Assembly (NCBI RefSeq): GCF_964204645.1
Contig: NC_134025.1
Location: 28,128,299 to 28,192,298 of the forward strand
Length of the DNA stretch: 64,000 bases
DNA from: Tubulanus polymorphus
Taxonomy: Eukaryota > Animalia > Nemertea
Reading direction: 5' to 3'
Below are positions 1 through 15,300 of the stretch, in pieces; position 1 is the first letter of the stretch, and every line of letters begins with the position of its first letter. The position numbers and the translations under genes were made by a program. Under the pieces are notes generated by a model that was not told the DNA's origin, did not search any database, and saw only the letters and a program-made list of their open reading frames with translations.

Positions 1-353
1 GTACAGATTGACCATTTGTTAGTAATAATACCTGTCGTATATGCGTGATATAACATGGCATCGTGTGTTATGATTTGATTAAGGTATGTTGTGAATACTT
101 CAGTACGATGGATTAATTCGCTGATTATCCCCTGCTTGATTGATGCACGTATGATTTTTCTGTAAAACGAACACTATTTGTTATCGATTTACTGATAACG
201 CATGGCAAACACAACTATCGGTATATCTGCCCTATTACTGTACATCGTAAGCCAAGCGTGTATGAATTTAAAAAAAAATTCTTCATTTAGGCATTGCGGT
301 TTGACGTTGAAGTTAAGCAAACACTTTGAAATGATTTGATCTATATTTTTCAG

Positions 354-3263
354 ACGAATGGATGATGAACAATTTGAAGTAGACCTCACTTATGTGACTA
401 AACGCATCATAGGTAGATAAATGCTTTCTGGCAGTCTAGGTCTTATTCCACTTATTCCGGCGTACATTTCATTTTAAATCTCTCTCCACATCTATCATCA
501 GATACTGTGTAATATATATATCCCATGCGTATTTGTCGTACATGTCTTCAGGATTCAAATTTATTTTATCACTCTCGAGTCACTGCATCTACATAATCAA
601 TATGTCTGATTAATTAAGCAACGTCTCGTCATTGTAGACACTGTAATGTAATTTCAGCTATGACTTTTCCTGTGTCAGAAGGTCACGAGGTCAGCTATAG
701 GAACAGCATGAAAGAGGTGACCGCGATGCTCAAGACCAAACACGGCACACATTATTTCATCGTTAACCTATCTGAGAATCATTTCGATTTATCCCGATCA
801 AACGGAAATGTACGTTAATTTTTTTTGGTAAAAGCTTGAATTTCTGCTGCTGATGATATGTGGACTTTACGGATTATGTTTTTTTGTAGCTTTCCGAGCA
901 GGGCTGGCCAGCCACGTTAGCTCCTCCATTAGAACGACTGTGCAGTATCTGTAAATCTATAGATTCATGGTTAAACTCAGATCCTAATCATGTTATCGTG
1001 TTACATTGTAAAGGAGGAACCAGTAGAGTGGCCGTCATTTTAGAAGCTTATATGCATTATAGTAATATTTGTGCTAGGTTTGTATCAGATTTAAAGCCGA
1101 GCTTTTGACAAACTGTGCTTGAAATCAAGTTCCAGTTTAGATTTATTTAATTTGCTTACAGCGCTGACAAAGCTCTTGACCGGTTTGCGATGAAACGATT
1201 CTACGATGAAAAGGACGGAATGAAACATCCATCACAAAAACGGTAAGATGCATATACAATTGTAGCAAAGGGTTAGGCTTCATATTGTCAACAGCAATCA
1301 TCGCTACCGGTATATTAGCACCTGTCCACTCGACATAATGCTCAACGCAGTATGTATCTGAATGTACATTATAGAGGAATATTCTGAGTTTAAATGAGGA
1401 CAGGGCAGCTGGACTCTCAAACTGTCCTAATCTTGCACCTATGAAGTCATTGTCAGAATATATCTCCCAGGTTGGACGTCAATGATCGTTTGGAAATGGG
1501 GCCAGTCGGCTATTCATTGAGAACCTCTATAAATAGCCTCATAAACCTAACAATTGCCCACCATACAATTAGGATTCTTCTTAATAGATTTAGTGTCTAA
1601 GTCATCTTTGTCCTGTAATAAATGTGATTTATACATCGATATAGCACCCACATGTGTCTGATCAACTGGCTCATTTATGCAAGTTGTCATTGTCATTTTG
1701 TTATTTTTTCAGCTATGTTAATTACTTCGGCGGACTCTTATCCGGAGCTTTAAAAGTCAACAGTAAACCTTTGTATCTTCACAACATCGTACTGCAAGGA
1801 ATCCCGAACTTCGACGGAAAAGGTGGCTGTAAACCATTCATTAAAATCTATCAAGGATTGCAACCAATTTTCACATCAGGAGTTTAGTAAGTTTTGCCGA
1901 AGAAACAGTAAAATGCAATGAAATAGTGTAATACTGTATTTCCAGTGGTGTGTGGTGTAAGTTCTGGTTACTATTAGACCGAATGTAAATGTTGCTTGTT
2001 TTGTAAGACAAGTAGGTTTGGGATAGCCAGGCGTTATGGTATGCTTTCAGTAATGAATCTCATTGCAACGAAAGCAAGATTGGATCCATATTTCAATGAA
2101 GTAAAGCATTTACCTATAAATTCCACTCCCACCTACGAGAATGTTGTTAAAAATACTGGTGTGAAAAGAATGTGCATGCAACTTCAACTGGTGGAGCTTC
2201 ATTAAACATCTTTCCGGGAAGATGAATTATCGGAAAGTCTCCCTGAACTGTCCAAATTGAATCCAATTCTTTGGGTTTTCTGTGGGAAAACTTTTAATCT
2301 TTGCTGTCAAAGACGACTGTCACTGTTATATCGTCAAGTAAATTGAGTTGAATAAAAGTTTAATGACAATGTTCCTTAACGTACAAATAAATAGTATTGT
2401 AACCCGTCAGTATTATTAGATAGGTGTTGGAATGTATGATCCATTGATATCTTCATGTTAGAATCATTGAACGCTAATGTTCAAAAGTGACTCATACGCA
2501 CTCAACTATTTGAAAAGTCTGTCTAATCGTAAAATCATTCTTATCTATGAAATATCGGTCTGTCGTTTCCAGTCTAAACACGGTATTTGACTTCTTTACA
2601 GCAATGTCACGGAGAATATGCAAAGAGTTTGTTTTGTGATTGAACCTGGATTACTATTGCACGGCGATATATTGATAAAGTGCTATCATAAGAGATCTCA
2701 TCGGGCGACTAGAGACGTCATTTTCAGATCACAGTTTCATACATGTGCTATTTCGGATTATACACTCGCATTTAAGAAGATGGATTTAGACGATTCGTGT
2801 ACAGGTAAGATGTTGCGTTATTTCGATTTTTTTCTCTCGAAAGTTAGGCCAACTTCAGGCACTGTTCCGTCAGGAGTCTTTTATCTTTTCTGTGGTCGTT
2901 ACGCAGTACTTGGTTCGAATAATATATACATACGATATGATTATAGAAATATAATGCTCATACTTATATAATAGTCATTTACGAAGATCGGAAATCTTGT
3001 ACGACTCATAAAGCGTCAATGCTAGTACAATGTATATACGCAATAAGCTTTTCTGTTAATTCGACGGCGCAGTAGATTTCTATAACACAACGGAGCCATC
3101 ATGATTGTCATTCAATTATCGAAATTATTTTACCGATTAAATTTCAAACATATTTTTGAGTAGGCGCTGCTGACGGGCATTCATATTTCTGCGGCTGTAA
3201 GGCGCAATACATCAAATAAAAAGCTCCTATTGGTTGGTTTCCCATGTGAATCGAAACTATAAC

Positions 3264-3307
<44 letters not shown>

Positions 3308-6300
3308 GTGTGTATGTTCGTTTTACATGTGGGTCAATAGTGGCCCACTTAACATCGAGTAATAAATAGGAAATTGGCCAGAAATTGACGACTTTAAAGC
3401 ACCTACGATCATCATCGAAGGGAGAGCTGTATCACACACATACGGCAGACTGAAATAATCTTCCGACAACTGCGGCTGCATTCTGGAGTCACAGGTGGTG
3501 CATCGGTTTCAGTAGTAGTACTAGTTAGTACTAACCGGGGGATATATAGCATTCAATTCTTTGAAGGACTATGAATTACTGGAGCTCATAGTAGATTATT
3601 ATTGTAAATAACATTTTCAGGTGAGTGCTCATTAGTTGATTATATTGTGAAATGTTTGAGGTGTTGGAATCTGGATATGAAAAACTTGAACATTTTTTCT
3701 TCAGGATATTATTTTATATATATTACATATATACTCGATAGCAGCTTTGATGTTATATTTTCGCACTATCCACAACCTTTAGTCGAAGTGATCCACTTAT
3801 GTTCAAATGATATTTTTGGTAAATCTACGTCTATATGGCTGGCCCAATTGAAATACCAAGTTAGGGATATGGGTCTGTAGGGTATTATTATTAGACTTAA
3901 AAAGAATTAGACTTAGTTTAGATGATTGAAATTAAATATGGGGGCAAGATTTTGAAATTCTTTTTGATAAATTGAGAAATATTTGGTTAATAATGTCTAA
4001 ATAGTGTTTGGGGGATGATTGCATCTCTATCTGAAGTGTTTGGGAGGAAACATCTACATAACAGAAAACACACCTGGATCATCGAGATAGTTCTCTAGCC
4101 AACGGATATTTATGATAACGAGCAGCGCACGATTGAAAAGTCAGGGGAAGGTGTACATGCCGGTAGCTCAGTGAAAACATGGACTAAGGTTAACATAAAA
4201 AGTCTACTTGTATAGAGTTGAGTAAAAATCAGTTAATTGGCACTTAACAGAATTTTGAACTGTTTGTGGTTGAATTGAAACTGAATGTAGTTTTTGGGCG
4301 TTGAAAGTCTCACTAATAAGTCTTATGAGAAAACGTATTGTACTAAAACAATGAAATATTTTTAGTTGTTATTGGGTTTGATAATTACCACAAATAGCTC
4401 ACTTGATTAATAGGTGCATGTATTTTAGGTGTCCCCTTTTTTTCTGACCTAATATTCGAAATGAATAGTGTATTTGATTAACACAGTGTCCTAGTCGATC
4501 AAGGCTCGTTATTTAGATTGAATATTCTATAATGAAGATATCAATAGCGATCTATTCTATTCACATGGCCATTTGTTGTTGAATAATACATAAAAATGTA
4601 TGAATTAAAAATGTTAAGTTCAAGTTGGTCCGATTCATCGAATTCCATTGCTCACTGACCCGTACAGTTTGTTTTAATAACTATTCATATTTTAGAGGAT
4701 AGCATATGTTACTTATTTCATAGACTAGAACAAGTAGTTTTTGTTCTGGTGTCCTCGTGTTTCAAACTGCTGTCTTTATTTGTGTTAATGACATTTCGAA
4801 AAGATTTATGTACATTAATTTGTTAGAAGTGCTGAGGTTCGTTGATGATGTTTGATTTAATAAAGTAATAAAAATATATTGGGTAAGATATTCAGTGAAC
4901 CAACTCTACTTGAAAATAAGAATTTCAGAAAATAAACTGCATAAATATAAGAGACTTGTTTGAGCTTGCCAGCTTCTAGACTAAACCCGGTACTTCTACG
5001 AATTCTAAAAAAAATTCTTTGAAGTTTATACCTCTTCTGGCTTCCAGACCTATCAACTCCTTCGTTATGAGCATGATGTTGCATAGATGTGTGTCTCGAG
5101 ATTACTTCATTGTGGATAAAATTGCTAAATTTCATGTTGAATATAAACTAGAGTTAATGCAATAAACATGAGTTAGTATATATGAGTGAAAATTAAATGT
5201 GTTTAGTCACTATATAATCACTTATTCGAATTGTGATCTTTTCCCACACTACTTCTAACCTACACAAACTTCGATTTTTTAATTCGATTTGGAAATAGTT
5301 CATATTCATGGCCCGTTCTACGTTCAATTTGGATAAAAGCCAATCCATTTTGCTAATGTGCTTATGGCAATATCCTTCGATAAAAGAAAATCATTTCCTA
5401 TTTTCTTTCAATTTAATGTTTAGTTATCGTAAGGAGATTTGTATAATTTGCAATGAATATGCAGCTAGTTTTTTCTTTGCAAAGATTGCAAAATATTCCA
5501 ACAAATTGACATCATTAACTAGTTCATAGCCTCACAATTTTATACACATTCAAAGCCTCCTCATACTTTGTCTGTATGAAATATATTTCACAATTAACAT
5601 CGTTATTATATAACTGAAGTCCTACATTTGTTCAATAGTTAATTGTTCTTATCATTATGATTACCTTCCAATTTCATATCATACAAATAATTCTTGCATT
5701 GTTCGGCTTTCATATGATCTAATAATCAAAAGTTATCCTGTCATAATTAGAGCTTTTAAATCATTTGGTTCCTACGGATAAGAATTGTTCTAGGTTTGGC
5801 TAACAGCGCAGTAAAATAGCTATGTTTATCCACACCTATTTTCCACTGAAATACATTCTGTAGAAATATTCAGAGTTTCCTAGTTCCATCCAAACAAATG
5901 TAGTTTTATTAACATTCCTGTTACCCATCTCAAATATATATACATATATCTTATGTCTGTGCTGCGATTTTAGATGCAGAACTAAGGTATAACTCATTCT
6001 ATGTTGTAATATGTAATTTTAAAAATTTGAATGACTTCGTTGCCAAACCCTCAGTGTGGTTGACTCATTATCAGGTAATTCGCATAACTGAATCATTATT
6101 TCTTTCAGATGAGCGATTTCCAGATCATGGGAGAGTTGAGGTAGTGTTCTCTTCATCTCCTCACAAAACTTATGGTAAGTTGGAATAATTACAGTCTAGA
6201 CAACGTTTGCCTAGGTCCAATTGAATCAACTGTTGCTTTCATTGTGTTTTCCTGTTTCGTGCATGATCTAATTTCCTATTCTACTTAAAACCGTTTCAGT

Positions 6301-9300
6301 TTATCTTTAGTAGCAATCCATCTTCTGAACTGTTGAATTATATTTCGTGATTTGTTTATTTTTGTATAATCATTAGTTTTTGTGTTTGATCACATGCGAC
6401 GGTTTTTTCAAAAAGATTTGTTGCCACGTTGTAGTAAGGACGTCAATTATGCTTTGCATAACGATTTGATGGGAATTCGTGTGATCCTTTTAAGGGTTTA
6501 TTTACCTTTGAAGATCTAACAAAATTCTCAAAAAATTCATAAATCAATTGTATAGACAATTTGTTTTGTATCATACTTTTTGTAAATCAACTTCCGGACA
6601 AAAACCGCAAATATTTCAATAATTTCTTTATATCAAAGTTTAATCGTGACCTACTGCAGCGATTGTATATATACATAGAAAACTGTCTTACGCTATGACT
6701 AAAGCATGATTCTCTGCGCTATATTTATTTGACGTTTCATACCGGTATTTTGTTGTTTTTTGTGTAGTAGCAGAGGATATAAGACCGAGCATGAATTCTG
6801 TTTGGGTTGAAGAAATAAGTCGTAGAGGTACAAAACACTTTCATTCCCTTGCACTGTAATAATATGTTAACCCATACACCTATTATTATTATCCATTGGT
6901 GGAAGATTCCTGGTATTTGTGGGTGGTTTCTGCTATATTTAGAGAAAAATTCTAGCTTCATTTAAAAGTCTTGAGCTAACATAACTGAATGTCTATATTA
7001 TATAAAGCATGTTTATGCAAAACATGTTTATATTGAATTTATTAATATTCTTTTTAGTCTAGTATTGTTTTTGTTTCTCATTAGTGTTAATTTCAAAATA
7101 TTTCATTTACTTGAATTCACTTTTTTTCGCACCAAATTTACTTCGAGTTTCAAAATATTGTTTGTTCTTTGAGTTGTATTGTTTAAATATGTTTTAGTGG
7201 AACAAAATATCTAAACATTTTTTCAAGTTGGTTGTGATAATATTTGCTTCGCCACAAATATATTTCCTGTTGGGACGTTTAAGTCGAAAATGTCTGTCTG
7301 AGAGGAAATGCTTATCAGGTGTGGGAGTAAACATCCGTAGTTTGAAACTTGTAAAGGATAAAGCCATCATCCAATAGCATTCATCGACTGACTCCCAGTC
7401 TACATATCTGGATAGATAGATGTCTTGTATGTTTTTATGTAAAATATGATTAAACTAACGGAAAGTTGCTACAAAGCTTTATCCGAGTTTGTAACTGGTA
7501 AGTTTTTACTTGGTGTTATATGATTCTAGAGACTTTATAGAGGGTTATTTACTGGTGAAATGTGTTAACCCTATGGCTTCACTGGGTGGTTGGAGAAAAT
7601 CGGTGATGGGGCTGTGTTAGCAGTAAACTTGTGTGGCTTATATTGAAACATATTCTTATTATTTCACTTTCAACACCCTGAAATGATAATGAACACTGTG
7701 CTAAAAAAAAAACAGATTTATGAATGATGTAGGTTTGTTTTTTATGTTTCAGTTAATGATCTGTTGAATGATTCTGGTGTACTCATTGATGATGCTATGG
7801 ACCCATTGGTAAGATGGGACTCGTATGAAAAATTCAATTCGCATCCTCAAAATACTGCTGAAGGTAATTTGAAAAAATTTACAAAAATGGGTCTCCTCCA
7901 TCAAACTTATAGTGAAGGGATCGAGTATGTTTGATCTCTGGTTAAAAAGGATATCCTGTTACAATTGGTAGCTGTAGATAATGATAGGTCTTATATAACG
8001 TTATATATAGCTGTATGACTAGACTAATTACTACTCCTAGGTCACTCACTCAATTCACCAGAGGAAACTTTAGTACCCACTAACAAACAATTTGACATAA
8101 AGATAACCATGTTTAATAACTATCGCTGGTGGTTTTATTATTACAGAAAATGGTGATATTATGAATTCATTCTCTACATCGTCTGCTACAACTTCTCATC
8201 ATAAGAAAATTATCCGCACGACAACGCAACAAACGCAGCAGCAACACGTTGAACATACGTCTGGACCCGACGGTAGTTTATACGCTAAAGTACATAAGAA
8301 GAAAGATGGCACGATGCACAATGGTTCTAATGATGTTCTTCACAATAGCATGGATTCAGGCATTTCTTCCACTTCAGGTATGTTCAATATTCTTGAAATT
8401 TAATTCTGTATTTCATTCTGTTTTTACCGATGTTGTGCATCAGATTCACGCGTACTAAACGTACATACAAATAGACTAACAGGTATCTGAGTATGTTCAC
8501 CTTGCTGAAATGTTTGTTTCATAAATAGTTGTTGGATAGCAGTTCTATACAAGCAAAGGACATTTCTTATTACGCAGTTCCATGCATTGAGTCTGTGTTT
8601 TGACTTTACAAATATGCCTTTACGCAGTATAAAAAGAAACAACCCGTGTGGACTGGTTAAATTGTTGAGTAGTAGCGTAATAGAAATAAATCTGACCTGT
8701 TTAAGTAGAATCTAATCACAACCTTAATGACAGACACTATTATCTGGCGAAAAAATGCGGCTTTCTCATTTCCATGATTCGATTGTGACTTGAAAATGAA
8801 TCAATCACCACTTTGATTATATCGATACAAAAAAACACTCAGTGCTGGAGTTATAGTCGTGAAAATCTACGTTAATTTTATTTCTAGGAGTGACTGGTGT
8901 AAGTGTAAGTTTAAGCACAAGTACATCTGGAGCTAATCAAAGTGTAACATATAGTCAGACATCAACTATGAAATCGGATGAGCAATCAGAGTTGGATGCT
9001 ATTCTCGCTGATCTACTCGGTGGACAAACTTTGATAAGCACGGTTCCAATAACTTCAACAGCGGACTCGGAATCAAAGTCATATTCGTACAATACATCGA
9101 GCAAGAAAACTGTACCTCAGTCAGAAACTGTGCATCAGACTTATTCATTTTCTGAAAACCGTACGCAATCTGGTCGTCCTTTAAGTCCGCAGCATTTTTC
9201 GATGGAACGTACATTTCAACGTGTCGCGAAAGATGATTTAGATGCCGGTAAATTGTCGACATTACCGTATAGAATTGAATGTTCAGGTGATGATGATCCA

Positions 9301-12300
9301 TTCGTTTCGGAGCACGTTCTGCCTCGTTCATACTCGTCGGGTGATACGACTTTGTCCTGGTTACATCAACAACAACAGAAACTTCGATACCGGCGAGACA
9401 GCGAGAGGACCGATCAAGAAAAACAACTCGTACAAGAGTTGAAAAATGCTCAAACACGGCTGATAACTAAACGTGAGATGAATGAAGCTGAAGAGAGAGC
9501 TGTATTTGATCATTATTCACCGGCTTTCGAACCTTCTCCCAATGAAGGCATTTCTACTTACTCTAGAGTAGAAAAACGCTACGAAACTCAAGGCTCCCCA
9601 TTTCGTAGTTCCCCTGGACCATATTCTATCACCTATACTACTGCCGGTCATGGTTCCAACCCTAATCTATCGATAGATAGCCAAGTGCATCATCAACCGA
9701 CTGTGACTACAGACAGCTATGCTACAGTGATTGTCGGTGGACTGGGTCAAACCTCAAAGCCTCCACCATCACCAGCTCAACAACAACAGCAACAACTGCA
9801 GCAGCAACAACAATATGTCCAACAGACTACTCATACTAGTGCACCGACATCACCGGTGGCACCAGTTCGAGGTTCTAGTAGTCGTGATGCTGTACTGAGG
9901 ACACGTAGTAATACAGTACGTAATGAATGGCAATCTCATTCTAGACCATTACAACGACAAAGATCTGATACTTCATTTGATCGAGATCGGCCGGTTAGCT
10001 TTCGCTCATCTAGACATTCGTCTCCGAGTCGAAGTCCTCAAAATTCTCCGAGATCACAATCTCCGACATCTTACTATACATCGTATTTCTACACGTATCG
10101 AGAGCCTCCGGTCCACGCTCCAGCTGCAGTCGACTTCTCTTTCACGGTACCAACCACGAAAGCAGAGTTCAGTGGTGTATCATGCTTCACCCAGTCGAAA
10201 TCAAACACGTCTCTGTCTGATAAATCTCAAGTCGAAAAGCGTTCGGCCTTTGAAAATTACAGAGATATTCAATCTTCATCACATACGAGTAGAAACTACC
10301 TGTACGATTCAACAACACTGCCTTCTCAAAAGACAAACTATTTTGATTCTTACAACCAAAAATCGACTGATTCATTTTCAAAGCCGGTTTATGGCGACCC
10401 ACTTTCGCTTTACGAATCTAAACCAAAGGAATCATTATACAGCTATAAGACAACCTCGACGCAACAGACCCAAGTAACACCGTCTCAACCCTATCGTCGA
10501 GAGCCATCTCCTCCATCATTTGATTATACGTCACTGGTGAAAAAGGTGAAGCCACCAGTAGAAGAACCAGTCCCGATAACTGTCAATAAAGGCCTGTCAC
10601 CAGCTGCTAAAACTCCAACTATTCTACCAAAGACTTTACTGTATGATATGCAGACTCAAACGACTGAAATGGCGAATGAAGAAACACAAACTGACACTGC
10701 AGTCAAACCTAGAGCAGGTGAATATCAATATTATTCATATTATATGGTCACAAGTTTGTGTTGTCATTGATTGCCTCAATATTCATTACTGTTCTGGATC
10801 TTACCTTCATTCTAAACTATAGCTAAGAGAGGCATTAGACATAAAAACTTGTAGCCTTTACGATTATAGAAGAATGCATGTCAACTATCGTAGATTTTAA
10901 GTGATAAGTATTTCTGTGTCTGAAAGAATGCATTCGGAGGTCAATGACAAATCTCTTGTCTTATTCTGTACTTGTGATGTACATTTAAAAGAATTGTCTG
11001 TTCTGTCTTATTTACTTTTCTCTCGAGAAATTTTATATTTATTCAATTATCGAATGCATGAGAAATATTGACACATTTTGTGATGTCTGAACACTACATT
11101 GAGATAATATCAATTGCTATACATAACCTTAAGGTTGTGGTGTTTATCAATTGCTCAAAGATATGGACAATATTTGTCTAATCTTTAATAGCATCTAACA
11201 TTTTAATATTTTGTATATTCACTATTTCTGATTAATTAAACGTCTGTCTATGTAATTTGAAATACATCCTACAGTAAAACATGAAACATTCTCCTGGAAT
11301 GAACTTATGTAGAATGTATTACGACATTCAACTAATCTTTTAAAAATGTCTATACTTCTATCGTCATTGCTTGCGCCCTATATATCATTTTGTGCTTAGC
11401 TTTTCTCTGATGCCTGTTTTGTTATCGCTTGTAATGTTTACAGATGAATTGAGTTCACCAATATCTGATACTTCATCTTTCTCCGAAGGTAAGTAATATA
11501 CCCAGTATTCTCCTCGTTTTGAGATGATTCACTTTTGAAAGGTTAATTTTTTCTTGCCAAGATTTCAATCTTCACCATGTAGAATTGTATTCATAGCGCG
11601 CTAACGTAGCATGAAAACATTTGATTTATATTCATTAATTTAATGATTATTGTTATTATTATTAATAATAAATTAACACAAATAGTTAGAGCTTAATAAC
11701 TGCACTGTGATGAGAACATCAAATTATGCTCAGTTGTACAAATACATTTTCAGAGGTATTTGGTGTTCTAATCAGACAATACTAACTTATTTATGTGGTA
11801 TCTTGTTATACTAACCTGTTTTGCATTTTGACGAGGGATTAATTAGATTAACTCAAAGTTGTTTGTGCATGCTGTATAAGTTATATTTTTGTTTTTTTAT
11901 TTATTTCAATTATCTAGATTTAGACAAGGCCATAAGGCAGCTCGAACAAATGCATGATTCTGCAACTGAAATGCAATCGTCATTAAGGCAGGGTTTGCGA
12001 CCTCCTAAACAACCTGATAGAAAAATTGACAGTCCAAATTATCCAAAGAAACCTGTTCAAAATAAGCAGCAAGATTCACCAGTTTTGGATTATTTACCGA
12101 AACAGAAAACTGTTGATCCGATTTCGGATCTGAAACAAACTGTGCCTGCTACATCACAGTATAGGCATGTGTACTCAAATGCTAGACATCCCGTAATTAC
12201 AAATCAAACAAACATTAATACCTGGAATACCGACCACAAATCAAATATAATGCACTATCATTTCAATGATCCACATCAGACAGGAACTCCTCGGCATTCA

Positions 12301-15300
12301 AATAATAATGAACCGATACAAAAAGATCCATCAATTGAAAAAGAAACGGTTCCTGCAAAGAAAGCCCCAGATACCGAGGATGCTTCAATTCCGGATAACC
12401 AACAACCTATGAAAAACAGTTCCAATGTTGGCGATGAAAATGCTAATATCGATAAACCACAGCCTGATCCGGTTGTTGAAGGCAGCATTGTCCCTCGACA
12501 TGTTGAATACAGAAATGTAAATGGTAAGTTACTGAACAAGGTTTTAAAACTGTGGAAGAATGGTGTCACTGGTGATGTACAAAAGGAGTCGCCTAAAAAT
12601 CCGAATGATGTTAAATCAAATGATACGGAACCCAGTGATCACGATCCTAGTGAATCGTCATCAACCGATGAAAATGTTCCATCATCCAATCAAGAACCTA
12701 TTGATAATGACCCCGTTAATGATGATTCGGATTGTATAATTCCTGTTCGGGATGATAAAACTGAGGGTAAGAAAACCTCTAACAATCCGTTTGTTAATCA
12801 TATGATAAGTTTGTTTTGAAAGCTAGATATACCTTGCCAACTACATACAATATGGTAAGCATTTGAGCTACCTGGGTATTGATGCTTTGAACCTTGAAAA
12901 ATGAACGAGGGCTGTCCAGTTCTGAAGAATGATGTATGCCTCATCTGTCCCCACCTTCCTTGTCCTGGCAACATGGACCTCCTAAGGAGCACTTACTATT
13001 TTTGAGTTATTTTGACTGGAGTCATGTAGTGAAGGCATGGATGTACATTTACTCTTTAAGAATATTTTTTATATTCACTATGAAGCATGTTTTTAATTAA
13101 TGTCTTCAGTTCTTCGACCACCAAAAAATACTGAAAGGACAGGTAAATTTCATGTTATACTGCCGTCTAAGATGTTAGCTGTTTCATCAGCAATACAATC
13201 AGTATTGCTGACTGTCCATCTACATAATTTATTTTGTTCAATGGGTCTCTATCAGTGTCTTATGTCCCTGCTCAAATTTCAGCTTTGCTTTTCGTTGTAA
13301 GCCCCAATACATGCCTATAGTCATCTTTTATGTTCCGATTCAAATCATTTTGAAAAAACTGTAATCGATTGATCTAGAATCAAACATATTTCATAGTGTT
13401 GCATGAAATTGTTCTTGTAAAGCTTGCATTTGAGATACGCATAAATGTTATACTAACATATTTGTAAATATGAATAATATGTATCTATGGATTATTTGTA
13501 TATGTTATATCATAGAAAGAATACCAGTACATATACATACTCATGGTATGTTGATTATGTCATAGCATGTTGATTTCGAAGCCTATAAACAATAGTAAAA
13601 AATATATGCGCTGATTCAGAATGCATTGATTTATGATCGTAGATGAAAGCGAAAAAGTTGCATGAGAAATAAAACGGCACACAGGAATTCGCTGTGATGT
13701 TACGTGAAGCTAATTCAAATACTGGAACCTGGATGATATTTGTTTACATACAACTCAACGTAAAACATATGTCTAGCTTAAGCAGTAAAAATTCTTTACC
13801 TGTAGATCTGTAAAGACGTTATTGCGCAGTTCATTGATTCGTTCGACATATTTTTGTAGGATTTGGTAGTAAATTGGAAGAGCTAGAGAGAAGTTTGAAA
13901 GCAGCTGAGAATGCTATTGCTGCTCAATCGTCGTCGGTACATACAAACTATGCATACCAGAAACCAGCACCAGAACCTAAACCGATTTCTGAACCTTCTG
14001 TACCGGTTCCTGTGAGTATCACGATACTCACATCAGCTACGACTATTTGAATTATTGGTATTTTGTTATATCGTGATTACTATTTCTGTTAACTATAGGC
14101 TGAACCACCACGAGCTGCTCCAGCTCCTGATCCACCACAGCCACAACCAGTGCACCACCAGACATTTTCGACCACTTCCACAACTACTCACAATACATAT
14201 GTTAAAGAACAGGTAATCTCAATTCTAAATCCAGCAATCTATTCTCTTCGATTTTTATCTAAATATCAATTATACATCTCACAGATACCAGGATTTCCGA
14301 AGCAACAAGTTGCTCCTGAAGATGATGATATTATAACACTACGCCCTGTAGGTGTTCATAACCTTGAATCTGATACGATTGATGCAGCCCGACCGGGTAC
14401 CCCTGGAAGATTAAGCTCTCCTGGTGGTAAGTTGTTAACACTTTATTTTATTGAGTGACAGCAGTTTTTTTTGTAGCATTTTGTCTATACTTTCATTTAG
14501 ATTCCCTATTTATATCAAGAGAATTACCGATAGAAATAAGGAAATTTTCTTCCTAAAAAGTGGATTTATTTTAGTTCAGCACTAATCAATGCACACCACT
14601 TGATTTAGGTAGATTGTATAGTTATTCATTCGAACCATGACATTGGTTAGATAGAATAAAACAATCTTTGTCTGGCATTCCATGCATAGGCATTTAGATT
14701 CTATTTTCAATAACAGTTTTAGTACATCCTTCAAATTAGCTTGTCATCCAGTAGGTTAATACTACTTAATGTCTCTTATATGGAATGTACGTAATTACGG
14801 TTGAATTGTAAGCCTAATTTCCCTTAATGGTGCCTTATTAGCGACTTAAAAAGTACATAGCTAACCCAGATAGCAGTAAAATCTGGTTGGAAGACCTCAA
14901 AAGTTGTAAAATCTTTCTGTTAATTAAGATTGATTGGATTGAATAGATTAATCATGTCGCATGTGAAATTACCTATTATTTAGTTTATGTCTTTCTTTTT
15001 TCAAGATTGCATATGTTTTTATGTTTGCTTATATTCTATGTTTTTATATAATGTTCTAGTATACATTATATCGTGTTCTGTGTTTTTATAGCCACCCCAC
15101 CATTTCCTGTGACTCCTTATCAAAACCAAGGTTAGTTCTATTCAAAAGAATTTACACAAACTCCTCGCGCTTCTAATTGTGGCCAGGGTAAACCACTTAC
15201 GGTACTTCAGTTTTCCGTTGAAATGTTTTTAAAAACCAAACCCCAAGCACTAATCAGCCTAATATAGGATAACCTTGATGCTATGATTTTACAAGCTCTC

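Noticed and set aside
8999-10477. Overlapping ORFs within the large tensin exon (also 16789-17676)
   Set aside because: Alternate-frame by-products of low-complexity coding sequence.
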